Assembly: GCA_902603095.1 (NCBI GenBank)
Contig: CACKTS010000002.1
Span: 3,652 to 67,651 of the forward strand
Direction: 5' to 3'
Length of the DNA stretch: 64,000 nt
Source: an uncultured Alphaproteobacteria bacterium
GTDB lineage: Bacteria > Pseudomonadota > Alphaproteobacteria > HIMB59 > GCA-002718135
Shown: positions 8,955-16,919 of the stretch, piece after piece
Layout: every line of letters starts with the position of its first letter
Position numbering within the stretch: the first letter of the stretch is position 1
Made by a program: the position numbers and the translations under genes
Notes under the pieces: generated by a model
Told to the model about the DNA's origin: nothing
Seen by the model: only the letters and a program-made list of their open reading frames with translations
Databases searched by the model: none

Positions 8955-9081
8955 TAAAAAATCAAATTTACCATCTAAAATTTGTAAAAGCTGTCAAAAA
9001 CCTTTTTCTTGGAGGAAGAAGTGGAAAAAAGAATGGGATAATATTGTTTACTGTTCAAAAAAATGTTCAAAGAATAAGTAG
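8947..9081 (+). CDS. DUF2256-type zinc-ribbon protein (44 aa, not in the ORF track)
   Basis: Hand translation (TTG start) ..NNKKSNLPSKICKSCQKPFSWRKKWKKEWDNIVYCSKKCSKNK. This matches the remembered DUF2256 pattern LPxKIC..C..PF.WRKKW...W..V.YCS..C. The frame is closed by TGA at 8938-8940, and TTG 8947 is the only start candidate. It overlaps the transporter stop by 8 nt. Confidence 0.6.
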   Translation: MNNKKSNLPSKICKSCQKPFSWRKKWKKEWDNIVYCSKKCSKNK

Positions 9082-9112
9082 AAATTTGAATTTTTTATCA
9101 TAATTATTATAA

Positions 9113-10606
9113 GTGGCTTCAAAATCTTTATTTATAATACTTGGAAATCAATTATTTCCAATTAATGAAATTAATGACTATAAAGATTCTTATTTTTTTA
9201 TGGCTGAAGATTATGATCTTTGTACATATGAAAAACATCATAAACATAAGTTAATCCTATTTTTATCATCTATGAGAAAATATGCGTTTGAACTGCAACG
9301 TAAAAAATTTTCTTTGAAATATCATAAAATAAATAAAGATAATTTAAAATTAACCTACGAGGATAAGATTCAAAATTTCATTAAAAGTAAAAAAATTTCA
9401 GAAATTAAAATGTTTGAAATTGAAGATAAATTCTTTGAAAAAAAAATTATAAAATTTTGTAAAAGAAATCAACTTAAAATTAAATTTTTAGAAAGTCCCA
9501 TGTTTTTAAACTCAAGAGACAATTTTAAGAAATATCTATCAAAAGTTAAAAAACCATTTATGGCATCATATTATAGGCAACAAAGAATAGAAAAAAATAT
9601 TCTTATTGCAAATAATAACCCAATTGGTAACAAATGGAGTTTTGATGAAGAAAATAGAAAAAAACTACCAAATGATTTACCGATACCAAACCAACTTAAA
9701 TTTAAAGATGATGATATTGTTAAAGAAGTAAAAAAAATTGTAAATGAGCTTTTTTTTCATCATCCAGGAAATACAAATAATTATTGGTTGGGCAGTTCCA
9801 GAAAAGATGCTTTAAAAACTGTTGAGTTGTTCATAAAAGATAAGATAAATAATTTTGGAGATTATGAAGATTCAGTAAAAAAAAATTCACCTTTTTTATT
9901 TCATAGTACTCTTAGTCCTTATTTAAATTTAGGCTTAATAACACCAAAAGAAATTATTACTAAAATATTAAATGCAAACAAACTAAAAAATATACCTATT
10001 AATAGTTTAGAGGGTTTTGTAAGACAAGTAATTGGTTGGAGAGAATTTATGAGAGGTATTTATCAAAATTATACCGATAAACTTGAGAAGACAAATTATT
10101 TTAATCATAAGAGAAAACTTTCAGATGATTGGTACATAGGTACTACTGGAATTGATCCGATTGACGATGCTATAAATGATCTTAATAGATATGGATATGC
10201 TCATCATATTGTAAGACTAATGCATTTAAGTAATGTCATGACATTATCTCAGTTGCATCCTAAGGAGATCTATAAATGGTTTATGGAAATGTTTGTCGAT
10301 TCATCTGATTGGGTAATGTCACCAAATGTATATGGAATGGGTACATTTAGTGACGGTGGTATTTTTTCAACTAAACCTTATATTTGTGGATCAAACTATA
10401 TAATTAAAATGAGTAATTATAAAAAAGGAAATTGGTCAAATATTGTTGACGGACTTTATTGGAATTTTATTCATAATAATAAAGAGGTTTTATCAAAAAA
10501 TCCAAGAATGGGTATGGTTATGATGTCTTATAGGAAATTAAAGGGAGAAAGAAAAGATTATTTGCTAAAAATAGCAAATGAATTTATTGCTACAAAAACT
10601 AAATAA
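9113..10606 (+). CDS. cryptochrome/photolyase family protein of the PhrB/CryB (FeS-BCP, bacterial (6-4) photolyase) type, lacking the Fe-S cysteines
   Basis: 497 aa. GTG start. N-terminus LFIILGNQLF...HKHKLILFLSSMRKYA, core ...FVRQVIGWREFMRGIY...YGYAHHIVRLM...DWVMSPNVYGMGTFSDGG...KPYICGSNYIIKMSNY...LYWNFI...NPRM. Only 3 Cys in the whole protein. Confidence 0.8.
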   Translation: MASKSLFIILGNQLFPINEINDYKDSYFFMAEDYDLCTYEKHHKHKLILFLSSMRKYAFELQRKKFSLKYHKINKDNLKLTYEDKIQNFIKSKKISEIKMFEIEDKFFEKKIIKFCKRNQLKIKFLESPMFLNSRDNFKKYLSKVKKPFMASYYRQQRIEKNILIANNNPIGNKWSFDEENRKKLPNDLPIPNQLKFKDDDIVKEVKKIVNELFFHHPGNTNNYWLGSSRKDALKTVELFIKDKINNFGDYEDSVKKNSPFLFHSTLSPYLNLGLITPKEIITKILNANKLKNIPINSLEGFVRQVIGWREFMRGIYQNYTDKLEKTNYFNHKRKLSDDWYIGTTGIDPIDDAINDLNRYGYAHHIVRLMHLSNVMTLSQLHPKEIYKWFMEMFVDSSDWVMSPNVYGMGTFSDGGIFSTKPYICGSNYIIKMSNYKKGNWSNIVDGLYWNFIHNNKEVLSKNPRMGMVMMSYRKLKGERKDYLLKIANEFIATKTK

Positions 10607-10620
10607 AAAAAATTTTTCCT

Positions 10621-10755
10621 ATGAAAGATAAGATTAATAAAAAAAGAACTGAGCATAAAAAAAAACTTAAAGAAGTAAGAATTTTAAGATTAGAAAAGCA
10701 ACTTAAATCTAATATTCTCAAACGAAAGCAAGCATCAAATAAAAAAAATGGATAG
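10621..10755 (+). CDS. hypothetical 44-aa lysine-rich basic peptide overlapping the murA start
   Basis: Hand translation MKDKINKKRTEHKKKLKEVRILRLEKQLKSNILKRKQASNKKNG. TAG 10753-10755 overlaps the murA ATG 10748 (ATGGATAG). No family recognised with confidence. Confidence 0.3.
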   Translation: MKDKINKKRTEHKKKLKEVRILRLEKQLKSNILKRKQASNKKNG

Positions 10756-12004
10756 ATTGATAATAAAAGGTGAGGCTGATTTAAGAGGATCAATAAGTAT
10801 TAAAGGATCAAAAAATTCTGCTTTACCAATTATGGTAAGTTCTCTTTTATCATTTAACACTTTAAGATTAAAAAATTTACCTAAACTGGATGATATAAAT
10901 AATATGTCAAAACTTCTTAGAAGCTATGGTGCAATTATAAAATGTAGAAAAGATAATTTGGAAATTAATTGTGAAAAGATCATCAATAAAGAAGCTAACT
11001 ATGACATAGTTAGAAAAATGAGAGCTTCAATTTTAATTTTAGGACCTTTATTAGCTAGATTTGGAGAAGCAAAAATTTCACTTCCAGGAGGTTGTGCAAT
11101 AGGGACAAGGCCTATTGATATTCATTTAGAAGGTCTAAAAAAATTAGGCGCAAGCTTTGTAGTTGAAAATGGTTATGTAATTGGTCAAGTAAGGGAACGT
11201 TTAATTGGAAATCAAATAACCCTTCCTTTTCCAAGTGTAGGAGCTACTGAAAATATAATGATGGCTGCAACAATCGCTAAAGGCAAGACAATTATTGAAA
11301 ATGCTGCAAAGGAACCTGAAATATTAGATTTAGCAAGCTGTTTGAATAAAATGGGTGCAAGAATAAAAATTGAAAAAAATGGAATGATTAAAATAATTGG
11401 TGTAACAAAGTTAACAAAAGCTAACCATAAAATAATGAGTGATAGAATAGTCGCTGGTACTTATGTGATTGCTGCAGTGATGTTAAATAAAAATTTTGAA
11501 GTAAAAGAAATAGAAAGTAAGCATTTAAAAGCTTTAACTTCTTCTTTGAAGCATATGGGAGCAAATCTAAAAATTAGAAAAAATTCGATTCAAATTTTAA
11601 AATCCACAAACTTAAATGGAATCAAAATTCAAACTGCCCCTTATCCAGGCTTTCCAACTGATTTGCAAGCTCAAATTATGGCTTTGATGAGTTTGGCAAA
11701 TGGTAATTCTCAAATAAAAGAAAATATATTTGAAAATAGATTTATGCATGTTCCTGAGCTAAATAGATTAGGTGCTAAGATAAAAGTAAAGAAAGATATA
11801 GCTTACATATCTGGTAATAGAAGATTAAAGGGAGCGCAAGTAATGGCAAGTGATTTAAGAGCAAGTGTAAGTTTAGTCTTAGCTGCTTTAAGTGCAGAGG
11901 GTCAAAGTGTAATTAACAGAGTTTATCACCTTGATAGAGGATATGAAAAAATTGAAAATACCCTTGGTAAGCTTGGTCCATCAATAAAAAGAGAAAAAAT
12001 TTAA
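10748..12004 (+). CDS. murA: UDP-N-acetylglucosamine 1-carboxyvinyltransferase
   Basis: 418 aa. Active-site loop ISLPGGCAIGTRPIDIHL. C-terminal ...HLDRGYEKIE..L..LG. Confidence 0.95.
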   Translation: MDRLIIKGEADLRGSISIKGSKNSALPIMVSSLLSFNTLRLKNLPKLDDINNMSKLLRSYGAIIKCRKDNLEINCEKIINKEANYDIVRKMRASILILGPLLARFGEAKISLPGGCAIGTRPIDIHLEGLKKLGASFVVENGYVIGQVRERLIGNQITLPFPSVGATENIMMAATIAKGKTIIENAAKEPEILDLASCLNKMGARIKIEKNGMIKIIGVTKLTKANHKIMSDRIVAGTYVIAAVMLNKNFEVKEIESKHLKALTSSLKHMGANLKIRKNSIQILKSTNLNGIKIQTAPYPGFPTDLQAQIMALMSLANGNSQIKENIFENRFMHVPELNRLGAKIKVKKDIAYISGNRRLKGAQVMASDLRASVSLVLAALSAEGQSVINRVYHLDRGYEKIENTLGKLGPSIKREKI

Positions 12005-12049
12005 TTTTTTATAGTTTTTTTTGACTTCCATATATAAAAGCCCAAAATT

Positions 12050-12697
12050 ATGTCTAAAATTATTATAGCTGTACCTAGGGGTAGAATAATTAAAGAGCTA
12101 AAAAAAATTTTAATTAAGACAAGTTTTGCTCCTGATAATGACATGTTTGATGATAAATCAAGAAAACTTACTTTTTCTTCAAAAAATAAAGAAATTAATT
12201 TTATTAAAGTTAGAGCTTTTGATGCCTGTACATTTGTGGCATTTGGAGCTGCTCAAATTGGTATTGCTGGAGAAGATGTTATAAAAGAGTTTGACTATTC
12301 AGAACTATATGCCCCTTTAGAACTAAATATTGGTCATTGTCGTTTGTCCGTCGCGGCTTTAAAAACATTATTAAAAAAAGAAGACCCAGTTACGTGGAGT
12401 AATATAAGATTGGCAACAAAATACCCTAATATAAGCAAAGAATATTTTGCCAAAAAGGGCATTCAAGTAGAAGCAATTAAATTAAATGGGTCAATGGAAC
12501 TAGCACCATCTTTAAACATGTGTAGAAGAATAGTTGATTTAGTTTCAACAGGAGCAACATTAAAGGCAAACGGACTTAAGGAGATTGATGAAATTATGAA
12601 AGTTCAATCCAAACTAATAATTAATAGATCTGCTTTTAAAACTAACAATAAAAAAATACAAAACATAATTGATGAAATTAAGTCATTAATAAAATGA
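12050..12697 (+). CDS. hisG: ATP phosphoribosyltransferase, short form
   Basis: 215 aa (HisG-S length). ...RLATKYPNI...DLVSTGATLKANGL... Confidence 0.9.
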   Translation: MSKIIIAVPRGRIIKELKKILIKTSFAPDNDMFDDKSRKLTFSSKNKEINFIKVRAFDACTFVAFGAAQIGIAGEDVIKEFDYSELYAPLELNIGHCRLSVAALKTLLKKEDPVTWSNIRLATKYPNISKEYFAKKGIQVEAIKLNGSMELAPSLNMCRRIVDLVSTGATLKANGLKEIDEIMKVQSKLIINRSAFKTNNKKIQNIIDEIKSLIK

Positions 12698-13986
12698 AAA
12701 CTTTAAATTATAATTCTCATAATTTTTGGAAACTTTTAGATAATCATCTTTCTTTAAGAGAATTAGAAACTAGTTCAAAAATAGATGCAGAAGTAAGATC
12801 TATTATTGAAAATGTAAAAAAATATGGGGATGATCAAATTATTCAATATTCAAAAGATTTTGATCGAATTTCATTAAAAATAAATGAAATAAAATTATCT
12901 GATATTAAAAAATTATATTCTCTCGAAAACTTAAATAAAGATATTATGGAAAGTTTTAGATTGGCAATCAAAAATCTAAAAATATTTCATGATAAGCAAT
13001 TTCCACAAGACTATGAAGTTGTTAATATGAATGCTACATTAAAATCAATATGGAAACCAATAGACTCAGTTGGAATTTATATACCAGGTGGTAATGCAAT
13101 TTATCCGTCTTCTCTAATAATGAGTGTAGTTCCAGCACAGATTGCAGGTGTTAAAAGAATTGTTTGTGTTACACCTCCATCAAATAATTTTAATCCCTAC
13201 ATAGCTTTTTTGTTAGATGAATTAGGTATTAATGAAGTTTACCAAGTTGGAGGAGCCCAGGCTATTGCAGCATTAACATTTGGTACTAATACGATCAAAC
13301 CAGTGAATAAAATTTTTGGACCAGGAAATGCCTATGTTGCAGCTGCTAAAAAACAAGTTTTTGGTAAAGTGGGCATAGATTTAGTTGCGGGTCCTTCAGA
13401 GATAATTGTGGTAGCTGATGAAACAAGTAATGCTGAATGGGTTGCAAGTGATCTTATGGCTCAAGCTGAGCATGATGAAGATGCACAATCAATACTTATT
13501 ACAAATAGCAAAAAATTTGGAGAACAAGTTTTGGAAAAGATTAATAATTTACTTAAACTTGTTATTAAAAAAGACATAATTAATTTAAGTTTAAAAAAAA
13601 ATGGATTAATTATTGTTATGGATGATTTGTTGTTATCTTATAAAGTAATAAATAAAATAGGTCCTGAGCATTTGCATCTACAATCAAAACAAAATGAAGA
13701 TATTTTAAAAAATATCAAAAATGCTGGAGGAATATTTTTAGGAAATTATTCAGCTGAAGCATTTGGAGATTATATCGTTGGAACTAACCATGTTTTACCT
13801 ACATCTGGAGCTTCAAAATTTTCTTCAGGTTTGGGTGTATTAGACTTTATGAAAAAAAGCTCACTTGTTCATATGAATGAATCAAGTTTTAATAATTTAT
13901 CAGAACATGTAAAGAATATTGCTGATGTTGAAAATTTAGATGCTCATAAATTGTCAGTTACAGTTAGACAAACAAAAAAAAATTAA
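12694..13986 (+). CDS. hisD: histidinol dehydrogenase
   Basis: 430 aa. ...IFGPGNAYVAAAKK..., ...AQAEHDEDAQ..., ...IGPEHLHL... ATGA overlap with hisG. Confidence 0.95.
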   Translation: MKTLNYNSHNFWKLLDNHLSLRELETSSKIDAEVRSIIENVKKYGDDQIIQYSKDFDRISLKINEIKLSDIKKLYSLENLNKDIMESFRLAIKNLKIFHDKQFPQDYEVVNMNATLKSIWKPIDSVGIYIPGGNAIYPSSLIMSVVPAQIAGVKRIVCVTPPSNNFNPYIAFLLDELGINEVYQVGGAQAIAALTFGTNTIKPVNKIFGPGNAYVAAAKKQVFGKVGIDLVAGPSEIIVVADETSNAEWVASDLMAQAEHDEDAQSILITNSKKFGEQVLEKINNLLKLVIKKDIINLSLKKNGLIIVMDDLLLSYKVINKIGPEHLHLQSKQNEDILKNIKNAGGIFLGNYSAEAFGDYIVGTNHVLPTSGASKFSSGLGVLDFMKKSSLVHMNESSFNNLSEHVKNIADVENLDAHKLSVTVRQTKKN

Positions 13987-14012
13987 TTATAAATTAAAAC
14001 AAAAGGAAACAA

Positions 14013-14231
14013 ATGCCAAAAGAAGGATCTATTGAATTTCAAGGTGTAGTGCTAGAACTTTTACCTAATGCTATGTTTAAAGTTAAATTAGAAAATGACC
14101 ATGAAATACTAGCTCATTCATCAGGAAAAATGAGAAAAAATAGAATTAGGGTTTTAGCTGGAGATAAAGTGACTGTTGAAATGACACCATATGATCTAAC
14201 CAAAGGTCGAATAACTTTTAGATGGAAGTAA
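14013..14231 (+). CDS. infA: translation initiation factor IF-1
   Basis: 72 aa. ...[67 protein letters not shown]-type RBS upstream. Confidence 0.95.
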   Translation: MPKEGSIEFQGVVLELLPNAMFKVKLENDHEILAHSSGKMRKNRIRVLAGDKVTVEMTPYDLTKGRITFRWK

Positions 14232-14392
14232 ATAAAAAAAATAATATTTTTCAATTGAAAAAAAAAAAAATTAAGTGTCCAACTTGCAAAAAAAATGCCA
14301 AAGAAGCATTTAGTCCATTTTGTTCAAAAAAATGTGCTGAATTAGATTTAATGAAATGGCTTACTGATGAACATCAAATAAATATAAACTAA
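14222..14392 (+). CDS. yacG: DNA gyrase inhibitor YacG-like zinc-ribbon protein (56 aa, not in the ORF track)
   Basis: Hand translation [56 protein letters not shown]. This matches the YacG pattern CP.C......PFCS.RC...DL..W. The ATG overlaps the infA stop by 10 nt. Confidence 0.7.
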   Translation: MEVNKKNNIFQLKKKKIKCPTCKKNAKEAFSPFCSKKCAELDLMKWLTDEHQININ

Positions 14393-14456
14393 TAAGAATA
14401 TTTTTATAATATTTAATTGAATTCACACCTAAAACACTTTATCACAATTTTTCAAT

Positions 14457-14532
14457 GCCCAGGTAGCTCAGTTGGTAGAGCAGTGGACTGAAAATCCACG
14501 TGTCGGTGGTTCAATTCCGCCCCTGGGCACCA
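14457..14532 (+). tRNA. tRNA-Phe (anticodon GAA), CCA encoded
   Basis: Cloverleaf folded by hand: acceptor GCCCAGG/CCUGGGC, D arm GCUC-AGUUGGUA-GAGC, anticodon arm GUGGA-CUGAAAA-UCCAC, T arm GGUGG-UUCAAUU-CCGCC, then ACCA. Confidence 0.95.
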
Positions 14533-14612
14533 CTTTTTATATTAGATAATCAATTATAAATATTTTAGTAAAAAAATAGTATAATAAAAGTATTTCTAAA
14601 TTTTTGATTATA

Positions 14613-15509
14613 ATGAAAAAAAATAAAATTATTGTTAGTTCTTCAGATAGTAAATATTTTTTTTTACTAAAGGAACTTTTTATATCATTAAGTAAATCAG
14701 GTATTCTATCTGAATATCAATTTGCAGTTTTAGATACTGGATTAAATGAAGAACAAAAAAAATATTTTTTAGATAATTCTGTTTTAATTAAAGAGGCAAT
14801 TTGGAATACTCCAGTTCCTAAATACAAAATATTAGGAAGAGATAATTTAAAAACTCAAGTAGCTAGAGCTTATTTGCCAGACTATTTTGATAATTATAAA
14901 TTATATATTTGGTTAGATGCAGATATGTGGTTAAATGACATTAATAGTTTCTCTTTATATGAGAAAGGAGCTTTAAATAGCAAGTTAACAATTGTTCCAC
15001 AAACAGATCGTTCATATAAAAAAAATGCAAATGTTGAATGGTTTTTTGGAATTCCAAGAAAAATTAAAACTATAAATTATAAAAATATAAGTAAATCTAT
15101 ATCGAAAACTCTAGGTAGAAAATATGCTTTTTATAATACTTTAAATGCAGGTGCTTTTGCAATTAATGATAACTCTCATATTTGGGAAGCTTTTCAAAAA
15201 AATATAAAACTTGCTGCAAAAAAAGGAAGAATTTTTGGCACTGATCAAGTTGCTTTAGCATTAAGTATATATGAAGATAAAGTTCCAGCAGAATTTTTAC
15301 CTGCTTATTGTAATTGGATGTGTGAATTTCATATGCCCAAGTTTGACAATAATAACAATCAGTTTGTAGAACCTTATATTCCAAATCAAGCAATTGCTTT
15401 AGTTCATTTGGCTGGTTTAGACGATGTTAGACAAGATAAAAATATTTTAAGTGATGTAGAAACATTAGATGGTAAGCTTATTAAAAAATCCTTAAGATAC
15501 AATGTTTAA
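14613..15509 (+). CDS. glycosyltransferase family 8-like (nucleotide-diphospho-sugar transferase fold) protein
   Basis: About 298 aa (the track starts at TTG 14604; ATG 14613 is likelier). GT8-like landmarks: SSSDSKYF, DxD-type LYIWLDADMWL, LNAGAFAIN, GTDQVALAL, VHLAG. No signal peptide. The stop overlaps the start of the first permease by 8 nt. Confidence 0.55.
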   Translation: MKKNKIIVSSSDSKYFFLLKELFISLSKSGILSEYQFAVLDTGLNEEQKKYFLDNSVLIKEAIWNTPVPKYKILGRDNLKTQVARAYLPDYFDNYKLYIWLDADMWLNDINSFSLYEKGALNSKLTIVPQTDRSYKKNANVEWFFGIPRKIKTINYKNISKSISKTLGRKYAFYNTLNAGAFAINDNSHIWEAFQKNIKLAAKKGRIFGTDQVALALSIYEDKVPAEFLPAYCNWMCEFHMPKFDNNNNQFVEPYIPNQAIALVHLAGLDDVRQDKNILSDVETLDGKLIKKSLRYNV

Positions 15510-16206
15510 ATTTGAGAAATTAGTATTTGGAGACTTGGGTTGGGGTGATGAATTTTTATTTGCAACCTTAATGACAATAACTGTAAGCATTCTTTCTATG
15601 GGTCTCGGTTTGTGTTTAGCAATAATAACTGTTTGGGCAAAATTAATATCTAGTAGATTAACTCGTTTTATTGCTAACCTTTACACAACTGTTGTTCGTG
15701 GTGTACCTGAATTACTAGTTATATATTTAATTTTCTTTGGAGGTAATTCTGTTGTAATGGGTATTGCTAAACTTTTTGGATATGATGGATATATAGAATT
15801 AAATGCTTTAACAATTGGAACTATAGCTATCGCATTTATATCTGCTACTTATTCAAGTGAAGTTATTCGTGCAGCTTATTTATCAGTAAATAAAGGGCAA
15901 GTTGAAGCTGCAAAAGCTCTTGGACTTAAAAAATTTCATATATTTTTAAGGGTTATGGGACCTCAAATAATTAGACATGCTCTACCAGGTATAGGAAATG
16001 TTTGGCAAATAACTTTAAAAGATACCTCCTTAATTTCTGTTACTGGTCTTGTAGAAATAATGAGGCAATCAAGAATTGCTTCCAATGTTGAACATTCTCC
16101 TCTAACTTTTCTTGTTACTGCAGCTTTTTTGTATTTATTTCTCACTACTTTTTCTGGAAAATTTTTTAAAGTTTTAGAGTTAAATTATTCTAAAGGATTT
16201 AACTAA
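15502..16206 (+). CDS. ABC transporter permease, His/Glu/Gln/Arg/opine (polar amino acid) family
   Basis: 234 aa. EAA-loop region GQVEAAKALGLKKFHIFLRVMGPQIIRHALPGIGN. HisQ/OccQ-like size and topology. Confidence 0.85.
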   Translation: MFKFEKLVFGDLGWGDEFLFATLMTITVSILSMGLGLCLAIITVWAKLISSRLTRFIANLYTTVVRGVPELLVIYLIFFGGNSVVMGIAKLFGYDGYIELNALTIGTIAIAFISATYSSEVIRAAYLSVNKGQVEAAKALGLKKFHIFLRVMGPQIIRHALPGIGNVWQITLKDTSLISVTGLVEIMRQSRIASNVEHSPLTFLVTAAFLYLFLTTFSGKFFKVLELNYSKGFN

Positions 16207-16919
16207 TGGACAATTTTGTTAATTACTTAAATGAATCTTTGTTGTTTAGAAACTTTATAGAAGTATTAGGAGGTTTAGATAATACTTTGCTTCTTTTAGT
16301 AATATCACTTCCTATAGGTTTTGTGCTCTCTTTAGTATTTGCATTAGGAAGAGTGTCAAAAAATAAATTAATTTCAAAGACAATAGCTAGTTATATTTTT
16401 GTTATTCGAGGAACGCCCTTACTTGTTCAAATATATTTAATCTATTTTGGATTAGGTTCGATAAAATTTATTAGAGACAGCTTTTTATGGTATCTTTTAG
16501 AAGAGCCATTTTGGTGTGGTGTTCTAGCTCTTACAATAAATACTGTAGCGTATGGAAGTGAAATTTTCAGGGGAGGTATACAATCAATAACAAAAGGACA
16601 AATTGAGTCCGGCTTATCATTGGGTTTTAATAAATTATCGCTTTTAAGAAAAATAATTCTACCGATAGCACTTAGAAAAGTTTTACCTTCATATGGAAAT
16701 GAATTAATTTTAATGGTGAAAGCTACCTCATTAGTTAGTCTTACAACTTATATGGAGATGACTGGTATTGCTAGAAAAATAATGGCTAAAACTTTTGCCC
16801 CAGTTGAAGCATTCATTGCTGCTGGGATATTATATTTATTTTTAAACTTTTTAATGGTTCAGTTTGTTAAGTATTTAGAATGGAAATACAATCCTCACTT
16901 AAGATTAGTCGATTCTTAA
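16206..16919 (+). CDS. ABC transporter permease, His/Glu/Gln/Arg/opine (polar amino acid) family
   Basis: 237 aa. GQIESGLSLGFNKLSLLRKIILPIALRKVLPSYGNE. TAATG junction with the preceding permease. Confidence 0.85.
   Translation: MDNFVNYLNESLLFRNFIEVLGGLDNTLLLLVISLPIGFVLSLVFALGRVSKNKLISKTIASYIFVIRGTPLLVQIYLIYFGLGSIKFIRDSFLWYLLEEPFWCGVLALTINTVAYGSEIFRGGIQSITKGQIESGLSLGFNKLSLLRKIILPIALRKVLPSYGNELILMVKATSLVSLTTYMEMTGIARKIMAKTFAPVEAFIAAGILYLFLNFLMVQFVKYLEWKYNPHLRLVDS

Noticed and set aside
10599-10793. 64-aa minus-strand ORF in the photolyase-murA gap.
   Set aside because: It overlaps the murA start and the plus-strand basic mini-ORF, and its translation is low-complexity hydrophobic. The plus-strand reading, coupled to murA, is the more plausible.
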